From Candidatus Caldarchaeum sp. (GTDB lineage: Archaea; Thermoproteota; Nitrososphaeria_A; Caldarchaeales; Caldarchaeaceae): a stretch of DNA of 41,429 nucleotides. Location of the stretch: contig JAWBRA010000015.1 of the NCBI GenBank assembly GCA_038844785.1, forward strand, positions 1-41,429, written 5' to 3'. Made by a program: the position numbers and the translations under genes. The notes beneath the pieces were generated by a model, which was not told where the DNA came from, did not search any database, and saw nothing but the letters and a program-made list of their open reading frames with translations. This document shows, in pieces, positions 18,122 through 27,431 of this stretch; position 1 is the stretch's first letter; each line of letters opens with the position of its first letter.

Positions 18122-20311
18122 CTACTCCTCCTCAACGAACTGTGATATTGTCGGAATCTCGGGAGGCAGCCCTTTCCTTTTTCTGATTTCCTGAATCACT
18201 TTATCCCTAAGAGAGGCGGGAACCGGCTTCCACTGGCTGAACTCGGTGGCCCAGAAAGCCTTGCCCATTGTCGCGCTGCGCATAGCTTCGCTTAAGTCGA
18301 ACGTCTCTGACGCAGGGATTTCACCAATTACGACCGTCACATACTCCGCCTGCCTAACATCCAACACTCTCCCTCTCTTGCTTGTTATGGTTGAGGTTAC
18401 CGCCCCCATAAACTCTGGCGCAACCTTCGCCTCAATCTTCAACACAGGCTCCAGCAAAACCGGTGACGCCGAAAGTATGCTGGCGTAGAGACTTCGCCAT
18501 GTGGCGGGTGCGATCTGAGCATATCCTCTGTGGACGGGGTCTTCATGTAGCTCAACCTGTGTCAAAACAGCCTTCACTCCACGCATGTTTTCAGAGGCTA
18601 GAGGCCCTTCTTGGACAACCCTCTGAAAACCTCCTATGATCATCATCTTCGACTCCTGAAGGTATTGAGCGCCTTTTGTGGCGTCGACCAGTATGTTTCC
18701 CCTGCCGTCTATAACCCATACGTTTCTCGCCTCCTCAGCATCCCATCCATGTTCTCTCAAAATCTTCGCAACCTGTTTCCTGTCCATCTCGTCGAATAAC
18801 TCACCTTTACGTATCAACTCTATCACTTCAGGCTCCAGAGGCTCAACCCGCGTGTAGATACGGTTGTGTCTGTTGGGAGATTTTCCTTCAAACTCTCTAC
18901 CCTTACTCTGGATAGACTCCCTGTAGAGGATTATTGGCTTTCCAGAAACTATTTCGAGCCCTGCTTTCTGAATCCATGTGAGAGCTATCTCGAGATGTAG
19001 CGTCCCCATTCCGCTGATCAAGTATTCTCCGGTCTCGGGCCTGACAACCGTGACAAGTGTCGGATCTTCTATGGTTAGCTTGTTCAAGAACTCGACGAGC
19101 TTAGGCAAGTCCCTGCTGTACTTGGGCTCGACAGAAATCGTTACGACAGGTTCGGAGATGTATTTGAGGGATTCGAAGGGTATTGTTTCAACTGAGCCTA
19201 TCGTGTCTCCTGCCCTGACGTCGCTCAATCCTAGGATGGCGGGGATGTTGCCGGCCGGGATGCTTCCAACAAGCTCTCTTGAGGGGCCCATGTAGACCCC
19301 CACCTGCTGAACTCTTCCAGAGATGTTGCGTCCAACAATTATCACGGAATCGCCTTCGCTTATCGTCCCGCTGAAAAGCCTGCCTGTGGCAACTACTCCT
19401 GCCTGAGGGTCTACCCTTACGTCTGTCACCGCCATGATCGTCGGCCCGTTCTCGTCGCAGTTCAGCATGGCCTGCCCAACCTCGCTATCCAAGTCCCCCC
19501 TCCATATCTTCGATATCCTATACTTCTGAGCTACGTGGGGTGGTGGATGTTTTAAGATAACCATTTCGAGAAGGGCTTCGTGGAGAGGTGTCTTCTGCCT
19601 TAGCCATTCCACGTCATCTCTTGAGAAAGCATCGATGACGTCGCTGAACTTAATCCCTTTCTCCTGAGCCTGCCTGACCGTGAAACCCCAACGGTCCTTG
19701 GAGCTCCCCAGCGCAACAGTGTTGTCGGCGAAGCTCAGCTTCCATTTCTCCCTCTGCTCAGGCTCGCCATACATTTCGATCAGATTGTTTACGTCCCTAA
19801 CTATTCTCGCCAAAGTCTCCTGAATTCTCTCGGGTGGAAGACGCAGCTCTTTGACGAGCCTGTCGATCTTGTTTATGTAAAGGACTGGCCTAACTCTCTC
19901 GCTCAGAGCCTGTCTAATCACGGTCTCGGTCTGGGTCATAACACCCTCAACTGCATCTACCACGACTATCGCCCCGTCTATCGCCCTCAACGCTCTTGTA
20001 ACCCTGCCTGAGAAGTCAACATGTCCGGGTGTGTCTATCAGGTTGACGATGTAGGGTTTGCCGTTTGTCTCATAGTAGAGCGAGATGTTCGCTGCCTTTA
20101 TTGTCATCTGCCTTTGCTGCTCTTCCTCAAGATAGTCTAGCGCTAGGGCTTTCCCCGCAAGCGCTGGAGAAAGGAGGCCCGCCGCAGCCAGCAGAGAGTC
20201 GGATGTAGTCGTCTTGCCGTGGTCAACATGCGCTATTATCCCAATGTTTCTTATGCTATCCTTGTTCCTTAGGATGTCGACAACTTCTGAAATCCTCTTA
20301 ATTCTCGGCAT
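18122..20311 (-). CDS. fusA: Translation elongation factor EF-2
   Basis: AHVDHGKTT, DTPGHVDF, NKID, GELHL-like GTLHL, SPNRHN and diphthamide loop HEDPVHRG. Confidence 0.97.
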   Translation of the reverse strand: MPRIKRISEVVDILRNKDSIRNIGIIAHVDHGKTTTSDSLLAAAGLLSPALAGKALALDYLEEEQQRQMTIKAANISLYYETNGKPYIVNLIDTPGHVDFSGRVTRALRAIDGAIVVVDAVEGVMTQTETVIRQALSERVRPVLYINKIDRLVKELRLPPERIQETLARIVRDVNNLIEMYGEPEQREKWKLSFADNTVALGSSKDRWGFTVRQAQEKGIKFSDVIDAFSRDDVEWLRQKTPLHEALLEMVILKHPPPHVAQKYRISKIWRGDLDSEVGQAMLNCDENGPTIMAVTDVRVDPQAGVVATGRLFSGTISEGDSVIIVGRNISGRVQQVGVYMGPSRELVGSIPAGNIPAILGLSDVRAGDTIGSVETIPFESLKYISEPVVTISVEPKYSRDLPKLVEFLNKLTIEDPTLVTVVRPETGEYLISGMGTLHLEIALTWIQKAGLEIVSGKPIILYRESIQSKGREFEGKSPNRHNRIYTRVEPLEPEVIELIRKGELFDEMDRKQVAKILREHGWDAEEARNVWVIDGRGNILVDATKGAQYLQESKMMIIGGFQRVVQEGPLASENMRGVKAVLTQVELHEDPVHRGYAQIAPATWRSLYASILSASPVLLEPVLKIEAKVAPEFMGAVTSTITSKRGRVLDVRQAEYVTVVIGEIPASETFDLSEAMRSATMGKAFWATEFSQWKPVPASLRDKVIQEIRKRKGLPPEIPTISQFVEEE

Positions 20312-20367
20312 CCGGCATCTGCGTCTACTTAAAAAACCTCGGTTTTAAAGGTATGCTGAAAAAAGGT

Positions 20368-20823
20368 TTATTTCTTCTTTTTACGACCACCCTCGAGCTC
20401 TCTCTTTAACCCTTCAACAATCTCTCTCACTTTAGTTCTCGTGGTAGACTCCATCAAACGGCTTCCTACACTGGCTACCAAACCACCTACAAGAATGTCT
20501 GCAGACCAGCTTATCTCAGTTCCTCCATCGCTGGGGTTGAGCTCAAGCATGAGGGTCAGGTCGGCTGTGGACTGCATTCCAGAACCTCTGCCGACAATCT
20601 TAAGGCTGGAAGGTGGGTTCAGCTCCTCGTACCTGAAAGCCATGCTTATGTTCCCTTTTATCATTCCGAGACCAATTTTAAAAACGGTTTTGAAATTTCG
20701 TTCATCAACTTTTTCATATTTCTGGAGGTCTGGGATAAGTTTAATGAAGTGGTCTGGGTCTGTCACAAACTTCCACACAGTCTCCCTTTCCGCCGCGACT
20801 GTAAACCTATCCGATATCTTCAT
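20368..20823 (-). CDS. coxG: CoxG / SRPBCC family protein
   Basis: F.V.A..E.VW....DP, G.G and GGLVASVGSRL motifs; downstream of coxS. Confidence 0.85.
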   Translation of the reverse strand: MKISDRFTVAAERETVWKFVTDPDHFIKLIPDLQKYEKVDERNFKTVFKIGLGMIKGNISMAFRYEELNPPSSLKIVGRGSGMQSTADLTLMLELNPSDGGTEISWSADILVGGLVASVGSRLMESTTRTKVREIVEGLKRELEGGRKKKK

Positions 20824-20826
20824 TTC

Positions 20827-21369
20827 CTAAACCTCTATAACTGGTTTTCCCGAGGCTCTTATCTCCTCAGCTGCTGCTAGAATAGCTTTGACGATGTTGA
20901 CGTACCCCGTGCATCTGCATAGGTTGCCTGAAATTCCACGCCTCACCTCCTGCTCCGTCGGGTTGGGGTTTATCATTAGGAAACCAGCTGCTGCCATAAT
21001 CATGCCGGGTGTGCAGTAACCGCATTGGAGAGCGTGATGCTCCCAGAATGCTTTCTGCAACGGATGTAGCTGGTCTCCCTTAGCCATCCCTTCTATCGTG
21101 AGAATCCTTTTTCCGTTGGCTTGAACGGCGAAGTAGGTGCACGACTTAATCGCCTTCCATTTGCCGTTGAAATCCATCAAGACAGTGCACGCCCCACAGT
21201 TTGTGGTATCACATCCTATGTGGGTGCCTGTTAACCCGGCATACTCCCGTATGAAATGGACGAGCAGGAGACGTGGCTCGACGTCGTAAGAGTATTTGAC
21301 GCCGTTTATCTCTATGGTCACGTTTCTTTTCGCAGGCTCAGCCTGTTTCAAAGCCTTCTTGGCCGCCAT
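20827..21369 (-). CDS. coxS: Mo-hydroxylase/aerobic CODH small [2Fe-2S] subunit
   Basis: [20 protein letters not shown] and NLCRCTGY motifs. Confidence 0.93.
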   Translation of the reverse strand: MAAKKALKQAEPAKRNVTIEINGVKYSYDVEPRLLLVHFIREYAGLTGTHIGCDTTNCGACTVLMDFNGKWKAIKSCTYFAVQANGKRILTIEGMAKGDQLHPLQKAFWEHHALQCGYCTPGMIMAAAGFLMINPNPTEQEVRRGISGNLCRCTGYVNIVKAILAAAEEIRASGKPVIEV

Positions 21370-21379
21370 GCATAATCAC

Positions 21380-22252
21380 CTAAACCGCTACCCCGGCTCT
21401 TTCTAAGGCTTTATTTAAGGACCTTCTCGTGAAAACCCTCGCCATCTCCCTCTTGTACTCGGCTGAACCCCTCAGGTCTGAGGTTGGGTCGGACATCGCC
21501 GCAGCGGCTTTCGCAGCCTCCTCTATCAGCTCTTTAGAAGGCTTTTGCCCCAGAAGGATTTTCTCGGCGTCTGTTGCTCTGAACGGCGCTGGAGCCACAG
21601 CCGTCAACCCTATCCCAACTTTTTCAAACTCGTTTTTCTCGTTCAACACGATGGAGGTCGCGACACCGACGGTGGCGAAATCACCGGCCTTTCTCTCAAA
21701 CTTCAGATAGGCTTGGCCCACCTTAGGCCCTTGAGGCACAGGGATTATCGCCTCGACCAAAATCTCCGTAGGCTTCAAAGCTGTTTCAAACGGACCTTTG
21801 AAGAACTTCACCGCCTTTATCCTCCTCTTCGCCGTACCCTGTGCAACGAGCTCAGCGTCGAGGGCTAGGACGGGGGCGGGCCAGTCTGCAGCAGGGTCCG
21901 CATGAGCTAAAGAGCCGAGAAAAGTTCCAAGGTTTCTCACCTGCATGTCAGCTATTTGTGGTGCAGCCTCAGCCAGAATAGGAAGCCTTTTCTTGATTAT
22001 CTGAGAGTGTTCTATGTCTGCGTGTCTCACGAGCGCGCCTATCCTGACAACTTTTCCCCCATCTTTTATGTAGTCCAAACCTTTAATGTTGTTAATGTCT
22101 ATGACATACTTTGGAGAAACAAGCCTCAGCTTCATCATCGGAATAAGACTCATACCTCCGCTCAAGATTTTTGCATCCCGGTACTTACGGAGATATGAAA
22201 CGGCCTGTGCAATGGTTGTTGGAGCCAAATACTCGAACTTACGTGGAATCAT
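21380..22252 (-). CDS. coxM: Mo-hydroxylase/aerobic CODH medium FAD subunit
   Basis: GGMSLIPMMKLR, QVRNLGT, HADPAAD, ERKAGDFA and DLRGSAEYK motifs. Confidence 0.93.
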   Translation of the reverse strand: MIPRKFEYLAPTTIAQAVSYLRKYRDAKILSGGMSLIPMMKLRLVSPKYVIDINNIKGLDYIKDGGKVVRIGALVRHADIEHSQIIKKRLPILAEAAPQIADMQVRNLGTFLGSLAHADPAADWPAPVLALDAELVAQGTAKRRIKAVKFFKGPFETALKPTEILVEAIIPVPQGPKVGQAYLKFERKAGDFATVGVATSIVLNEKNEFEKVGIGLTAVAPAPFRATDAEKILLGQKPSKELIEEAAKAAAAMSDPTSDLRGSAEYKREMARVFTRRSLNKALERAGVAV

Positions 22253-22354
22253 CGAACCACTCTATCCAATTGCTTACTTAAAAATATTTTTGGACATTTT
22301 TCGACGGCATACCATGCAAAACATAAATTAATAGCAGTTTATGATGCCTTTGGG

Positions 22355-23221
22355 TTGTTGGAAGAACTCACGCCAGAAGGTTTGGTCAAAGCCATGGAGA
22401 GAGAGTTGTACGTTGCCGACGAGCCGCTTGCCTTGGCTGTATATCTTGCTCTCAAGCTTGAGAAGCCATTGCTTATCGAGGGGGAGCCGGGCTGCGGGAA
22501 GACAGAGGTCGCTAAGGTTTTGGCGAAACTTATGGGCACAAAGCTAATCAGGCTCCAGTGCTACGAGGGAATAACAGCTTCACAAGCCCTTTATGAATGG
22601 GACTATCCACGTCAGCTGATTAACATCAGGCTTTTGGAGGACAAGAAGTCGCCGGAAGAGATCTCTGAAGAGATCTTCAGCGAGAAATATCTGCTGAAAC
22701 GTCCTTTGCTGGCTGCCCTGTTGCATGAGGGGCCGGAGCCGCCTGTCCTCCTTATAGACGAGATTGACAGAAGCGATGAGGAGTTTGAGGGTTTTCTCCT
22801 CGAGTTTTTGGCTGAGTTTCAGGTTACCATCCCCGAGCTTGGGACAATAACCGCGAAAAAGAAGCCCGTGGTCATAATCACGTCCAACAGAACCAGGGAG
22901 GTTGGGGACGGGCTTAGAAGAAGATGTCTCTACATCTACGTAACTTATCCGACGCCAGAGAAGGAGAGAAGAATTTTGTCGCTGAAAGTCCCTCAGCTCT
23001 CTCCCAAGCTGGCTGACGAGGTTGTGGCGTTTGTCCAAAGGCTCCGTCAGGTGAGCGAGCTTAGCAAGAAACCTGGTATATCCGAGACCCTCGACTGGGC
23101 TAACGCATTAAGCGTTCTAGGCGCGGCTGAGATAACGCCAGCTGTTATCAGCTCTACGTTGAGCTGTCTTGTAAAGAACGAGGATGACCTACGGATCGTT
23201 AGGGAGCTTGGGATAGTTTAG
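22355..23221 (+). CDS. coxD: MoxR-type AAA+ ATPase, CoxD-like
   Basis: EGEPGCGKT, RLQCYEG, LYEWDY, IDEID, TSNRTRE and KPGISETLDW motifs. Confidence 0.9.
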   Translation: MLEELTPEGLVKAMERELYVADEPLALAVYLALKLEKPLLIEGEPGCGKTEVAKVLAKLMGTKLIRLQCYEGITASQALYEWDYPRQLINIRLLEDKKSPEEISEEIFSEKYLLKRPLLAALLHEGPEPPVLLIDEIDRSDEEFEGFLLEFLAEFQVTIPELGTITAKKKPVVIITSNRTREVGDGLRRRCLYIYVTYPTPEKERRILSLKVPQLSPKLADEVVAFVQRLRQVSELSKKPGISETLDWANALSVLGAAEITPAVISSTLSCLVKNEDDLRIVRELGIV

Positions 23222-23223
23222 CG

Positions 23224-24384
23224 ATGACCTTCACCGACCTTATGTTTCTTGTGACAGAGGTTGCTGACAGGCTTAGAATGTATGGTGTTAAGTGTGGGAC
23301 AGCGGAGAGTATAGACGCATACACCGCATTAGGACATGTTACAATCAAAAACGTTGACGACCTAAAGAAGGTCATGAAACTTTGTATGGTGAAGAGGTTG
23401 GAAGACTATGAAATTTTCGACCGTGTTTTCGAGGAACTGCTTTCGATGAAAAGGCCTAGGGACGAGAAGTTGAGTAGGAGTTCTGGCGGCGGAGAGGGTG
23501 GGAGGGAAAAGTTTCTGGAGAAAGGGCGGCATGGAGGTGAAGACCAGCGCAAGGCTATGATGGCGTACTACAGTCCTGTCGAAGTCTTGATGAAGAAAGA
23601 GATTCCGGCTCCAACTCTTGATTTTCTAAGGGAGAGCAGGAGGGTTTTGAAGAGGTTGAGAAGGAGGCTGGCCCTCCTACCGGGCCGAAGGTATGAGAGA
23701 AGCAGCACAGGGATGATGGATTTCGGTGAAACGCTGCGTCAAAGCCTTAGGACATACGGTGAGATGCTTAACATTTTAAGGATCAGGAGAAAGGTCACAA
23801 GATGTAAGATCGTGGCTATTTTTGACGTTAGCGGGTCTATGGACACTTACACAGAGTTCCTGATGCAGTCTATGTACGCTTTGGCTAGGCAAAGCGTAGC
23901 GGTGGAAGTGTTTGTCTTCAGCACGAAGCTCATGAGGGTGAGCAGCCTGCTGAAGTATTTCGGTCCAAAAAAGGCTGCTGAGCTGATCTCACGCGATGTA
24001 AACATTTGGGGGAGTGGGACAAGGATTGGAAGCTGTTTGACTAGCTTTATCGAGAAGTATAGGGGGCTTGTCAGCAGGGGGACCGTTGCAATAATAGTCA
24101 GCGACGGCTGGGACACAGGAGAGCCTGAACTACTTGACAGAGCTATGAGAAGCCTCAAAAGTATGGTTGGCAGGGTCATCTGGGTCAACCCTCACGCAGA
24201 CAAGCCTGGGTTTAAGCCGCGGACTATTGGAATGGAGACCGCCATGCCCTATATAGACGTCCTCGCCGGGATGAACGCCCTGAAAAACCTAAAAGGTTTT
24301 ATAAAGCATTTCGGGCCATCATTCCAGCCTATTCCCAGAAGAGGTCGGCTTTTCAACAGACGGGGCCTACTCTCTCACCACTAG
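23224..24384 (+). CDS. coxE: VWA-domain protein, CoxE-like
   Basis: MIDAS DVSGSM, WGSGTRIG, SDGWDTG and WVNP motifs. Confidence 0.9.
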   Translation: MTFTDLMFLVTEVADRLRMYGVKCGTAESIDAYTALGHVTIKNVDDLKKVMKLCMVKRLEDYEIFDRVFEELLSMKRPRDEKLSRSSGGGEGGREKFLEKGRHGGEDQRKAMMAYYSPVEVLMKKEIPAPTLDFLRESRRVLKRLRRRLALLPGRRYERSSTGMMDFGETLRQSLRTYGEMLNILRIRRKVTRCKIVAIFDVSGSMDTYTEFLMQSMYALARQSVAVEVFVFSTKLMRVSSLLKYFGPKKAAELISRDVNIWGSGTRIGSCLTSFIEKYRGLVSRGTVAIIVSDGWDTGEPELLDRAMRSLKSMVGRVIWVNPHADKPGFKPRTIGMETAMPYIDVLAGMNALKNLKGFIKHFGPSFQPIPRRGRLFNRRGLLSHH

Positions 24385-25204
24385 CTTCCGAAACTATCTC
24401 CCTAATCTCAGGCTCTAAAGACTTAACTACTCTCAACGGCTTGCCCGTCCCACCTTTGTCCAAGAGGACTATCTCGGCGATTATGCTCAAGGCTATCTCC
24501 TCAGGTTTTTCGGCTCCGATATCTATTCCCGCCGGCGAGGATATCTTTTTCAGCATAGCTTCGTCCACCCCCATCCGGACAAGCGTCTCGAAGACTATCC
24601 CCGACCTCTTCTTGCTGGCGATGAGTCCTATATACCATGCTCCTCCATCCAAACCCGCCTTGATGTACTTGTGGTCGAGCTTGTGCATAGTCGAGACAAC
24701 CATCGCCGTGTTGCTGTCTATTTGGACGTCTTTTAAATCGGGGTCGGTGCTGTACTGGTCGACCAGGTCAGGGTTCTTGAACATTCCTTCAGGGTCTGCT
24801 ACAACAACCCTGTAGTCCAGCATTTTCCCGAGCTGGGCAAGGCTCTCAACTATGGCACCGTGCCCCACCAGCAGGAGCTGTTTTCTGGGAAGAACAGGCT
24901 CTAGGTAGACCTCCATCGAGCCTCCGCACGGAACTCCAGTCCCCCTCAGCTCATCCTCCATCTCGAGATATATCGTCCGGCTTCTTCCTTCTTTGATGGT
25001 TTTTAAAGCTTCGTGAAGAACCGTTGTCTCGACGCAACCCCCACCAACCCAGCCGAACAAGCCTTTCCCGTCCTCAAGTATGATGGCTTTGGAGCCGACC
25101 TTTCCCGACGTGTGTCCAACGGTTTTCACAACCGTGGCTATGCAGAATTTTTTATGCTCGGCAACAAGCTGTCCGACTTTCGCGTAGAAGGTCAGGTTGT
25201 CCAA
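24353..25204 (-). CDS. XdhC/CoxF family Mo-cofactor insertion chaperone
   Basis: GWVGGGCVE, CGGSMEVYLEP, YIGLIAS and PAGIDIGAEKPEEIALSI motifs. Confidence 0.9.
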   Translation of the reverse strand: MDNLTFYAKVGQLVAEHKKFCIATVVKTVGHTSGKVGSKAIILEDGKGLFGWVGGGCVETTVLHEALKTIKEGRSRTIYLEMEDELRGTGVPCGGSMEVYLEPVLPRKQLLLVGHGAIVESLAQLGKMLDYRVVVADPEGMFKNPDLVDQYSTDPDLKDVQIDSNTAMVVSTMHKLDHKYIKAGLDGGAWYIGLIASKKRSGIVFETLVRMGVDEAMLKKISSPAGIDIGAEKPEEIALSIIAEIVLLDKGGTGKPLRVVKSLEPEIREIVSEASGERVGPVC

Positions 25205-25258
25205 CTTGTGGTTTAATCGTTTCGCTAAAATATAAGCTAATCGATTAAACGTACTGGA

Positions 25259-26503
25259 TTGTACAGGAAGGTTGAAAAATTTACCGACGTCTGGGAGGCT
25301 CAGAAAACCTTACTTTCCCGTGTCAAGCCTATCGAAGAGTCTGAAACGGTCCCCGTGTTTGACGCTGTCGACAGGGTTGTGGCAGACCAAATCATCTCGC
25401 CTAAAAACCTGCCGGCTTTTCACGCCTCACACATGGATGGGTTCGCCGTCAACAGCAAGGACCTTGAAGAAGCCTCCGTTGAAAGGCCCGTGAGGCTTCG
25501 TATAGCAGCCGAGTGTATACCTGGGAGACGTCCCACCCACGTTCTTCGTAGGGGTGAGACAGCACGTATTCTGACAGGTGCTTACCTGCCTGAGGGTGCT
25601 GACGCAGTGGTTCCACAAGAGCTCGTACACCGGGATGGGGATAGTGTTGTGTTCATGCATCGTGCTGAGCCATGGCAGTATGTGGACCTTCAAGGGTTTG
25701 ACATCAGGGCGGGACAGCTTCTCTTCCAAAGGGGACACAGGTTGAAGGCCGCTGACGTGGCTTTGCTCGCATCCCTTGGAATACCTTTAGTCACCGTCCT
25801 CAGAAAACCGAGAGTTGGTATAATGGCTGTCGGCGACGAGCTGACCGACAGCTTCGAAGAGCTGGAGGCCGGCAAAGTCTTAAACACCCACACGCTGGTA
25901 GTCCGGAGGCTTGTCGAAGGCTCTGGCGCCGAGGCTTTTTTCCTCGGAATCATTCCCGACAAACCATCCATCCTCTCAGAAACTATCAACAAGAGCATAG
26001 GGCTGGTCGACATATTCATCACGATAGCCGGTTCCTCGATAAGCGAGAAAGATGTCTCATCAATCTTCGCAAGAAACGCTGGAGACGGTGTGTATGTTCA
26101 CGGCCTCGCCCTCCAGCCGGGTAGGGTGGGGGGCTTTACCATCATAGACGGAAAACCGTTGATAATGCTTCCGGGGCTCATTATGTCAACGCTCAACGTT
26201 TTCATGTTCTTGGCGTATCCCGTGTTGAGAGCCATTCAACACCAGCAGCCAAGTTTCTACCATCGCAAGGTCATGGCACAGCTTACCGAGACTGTACGTT
26301 TCAGGAAATACCACAACTTTGTGAAGGTTGTCTGGGTTTCCGTGGAGGAGACGGAAGACACGCTGCTCTGCCGTCCTAACTTAGGCGAGTCAAGCGGAAT
26401 GAGCATACCTTCCCGATCCGACGGCTTCATAATAGGAATGCCCGGCGTTAAAGAAATTACAGAAGGCTCGAAGGTTTGGGTCCATTACCCGCCGACCCTG
26501 TAG
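25259..26503 (+). CDS. moeA: Molybdopterin molybdenumtransferase
   Basis: SHMDGFAV, ILTGA.LPEGADAVV, GDEL, QPG and LPG motifs. Confidence 0.9.
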   Translation: MYRKVEKFTDVWEAQKTLLSRVKPIEESETVPVFDAVDRVVADQIISPKNLPAFHASHMDGFAVNSKDLEEASVERPVRLRIAAECIPGRRPTHVLRRGETARILTGAYLPEGADAVVPQELVHRDGDSVVFMHRAEPWQYVDLQGFDIRAGQLLFQRGHRLKAADVALLASLGIPLVTVLRKPRVGIMAVGDELTDSFEELEAGKVLNTHTLVVRRLVEGSGAEAFFLGIIPDKPSILSETINKSIGLVDIFITIAGSSISEKDVSSIFARNAGDGVYVHGLALQPGRVGGFTIIDGKPLIMLPGLIMSTLNVFMFLAYPVLRAIQHQQPSFYHRKVMAQLTETVRFRKYHNFVKVVWVSVEETEDTLLCRPNLGESSGMSIPSRSDGFIIGMPGVKEITEGSKVWVHYPPTL

Positions 26504-26544
26504 ACAGGTAAAGGTTTTAAAAAGGCTGCCGGTCTGTGGGGCTT

Positions 26545-26823
26545 ATGCACCACTCCCTGCAGCTCTTCGTCGGAGGATGCCCGCTCTGCAGGCAGATGGC
26601 CAACATCGTTGAGGTGGGAAAATGCGCCGGTTGCAAGCTAGAGGTGTTTGACTTGTCTAAAGATTTTCATAAAATAGAGGACCTTGTTAAAAGATACAGG
26701 ATAAGAGCTGTTCCCACCCTCGTTATAGATGGGAAGATTAAGATCGAAGGTGTTCCAACATTCCGGCTCGTATGCGACGACTCTACTTACAAGTTTCTTG
26801 AGGAGAACTTCAGGATTTCTTAA
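26545..26823 (+). CDS. Small thioredoxin/glutaredoxin-like protein
   Basis: CPLC, a second CAGC, and YRIRAVPTLVIDG (cis-Pro loop); start is ATG 26545 or GTG 26536. Confidence 0.8.
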   Translation: MHHSLQLFVGGCPLCRQMANIVEVGKCAGCKLEVFDLSKDFHKIEDLVKRYRIRAVPTLVIDGKIKIEGVPTFRLVCDDSTYKFLEENFRIS

Positions 26824-26893
26824 CAACTCATCGCCGAAAAAGCTTCGCACCTTTCCGGACGGCGTGCAAACCTCATGTGTGAGAGGATTTTTA

Positions 26894-26952
26894 GGGGTCG
26901 GCTCGGCTCTTCCTGCATCACGTATCAGTCTGGGGCAGCAGCCTCATCCCCC
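26894..26952 (-). ncRNA. Box C/D methylation-guide sRNA (double guide, probably targeting 23S rRNA)
   Basis: Minus strand reads GGGGGATGA(C) GGCTGCTGCCCCAGA CTGA(D') TACG TGATGCA(C') GGAAGAGCCGAG CCGA(D) CCCC, with a terminal GGGG/CCCC stem. The D guide is complementary to the conserved archaeal 23S sequence UCGGCUCUUCC. Confidence 0.8.
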
Positions 26953-27044
26953 GTATTGGACGTATAATAATCGGCTAATATGTGTTGCACGACCCTGAAA
27001 AAACTTAAAACAAACCAGTTAGGCATATTCGCCGCGTGGTGAGT

Positions 27045-27155
27045 ATGAAAAGCGAATTTTTTGCAAGGATAGAGGAAGAGGAGGAGTTTGAAGAAGAGTG
27101 GGAGGAGGAAGACTTCGAGGAAGAAGAGTGGGAGGAAGAGGAGGAAGAATTTTAG
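27045..27155 (+). CDS. 36-aa extremely acidic microprotein
   Basis: MKSEFFARIEEEEEFEEEWEEEDFEEEEWEEEEEEF*; GGTGA SD at 27038-27042; AAAAAACTTAAAA promoter-like element upstream; mixed GAA/GAG codons. Confidence 0.7.
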   Translation: MKSEFFARIEEEEEFEEEWEEEDFEEEEWEEEEEEF

Positions 27156-27431
27156 TCACTCACCTGTCTCCTCCCCCTCCTTTTTGTGGGTGTAGAGAAC
27201 TATCGAAGTTACAGCACTCTTGACACCCTGTATGGCGAGTATCTTGTCTTTGAGAAAGTCTCTGAAGCTGGATATGTCCTTCGCCACCACCAGCGCTATC
27301 AGGTCGAACTCTCCCGTCACCTCGTAGACGTCCACAACTTCGGGCAGCTTGCTTATCTGCTTGGCAACACGGTCGATTGAGTTAGACTCGGCGAAAATGT
27401 GTATGATGGCTCTTACCCCCGGAAAGGACAT
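27156..27431 (-). CDS. Stand-alone Lrp/AsnC ligand-binding (RAM) domain protein
   Basis: LPEVVDVYEVTGEFDLI...GVKSAVTSIVL; no HTH domain. Confidence 0.88.
   Translation of the reverse strand: MSFPGVRAIIHIFAESNSIDRVAKQISKLPEVVDVYEVTGEFDLIALVVAKDISSFRDFLKDKILAIQGVKSAVTSIVLYTHKKEGEETGE

Noticed and set aside
20368-25204. Claim of a functional aerobic CO dehydrogenase
   Set aside because: The diagnostic CoxL subunit is not in the window.
26729-26998. 89-aa ORF (and 26638..26850 on the minus strand)
   Set aside because: Overlaps the thioredoxin-like gene and the C/D sRNA; no protein features.
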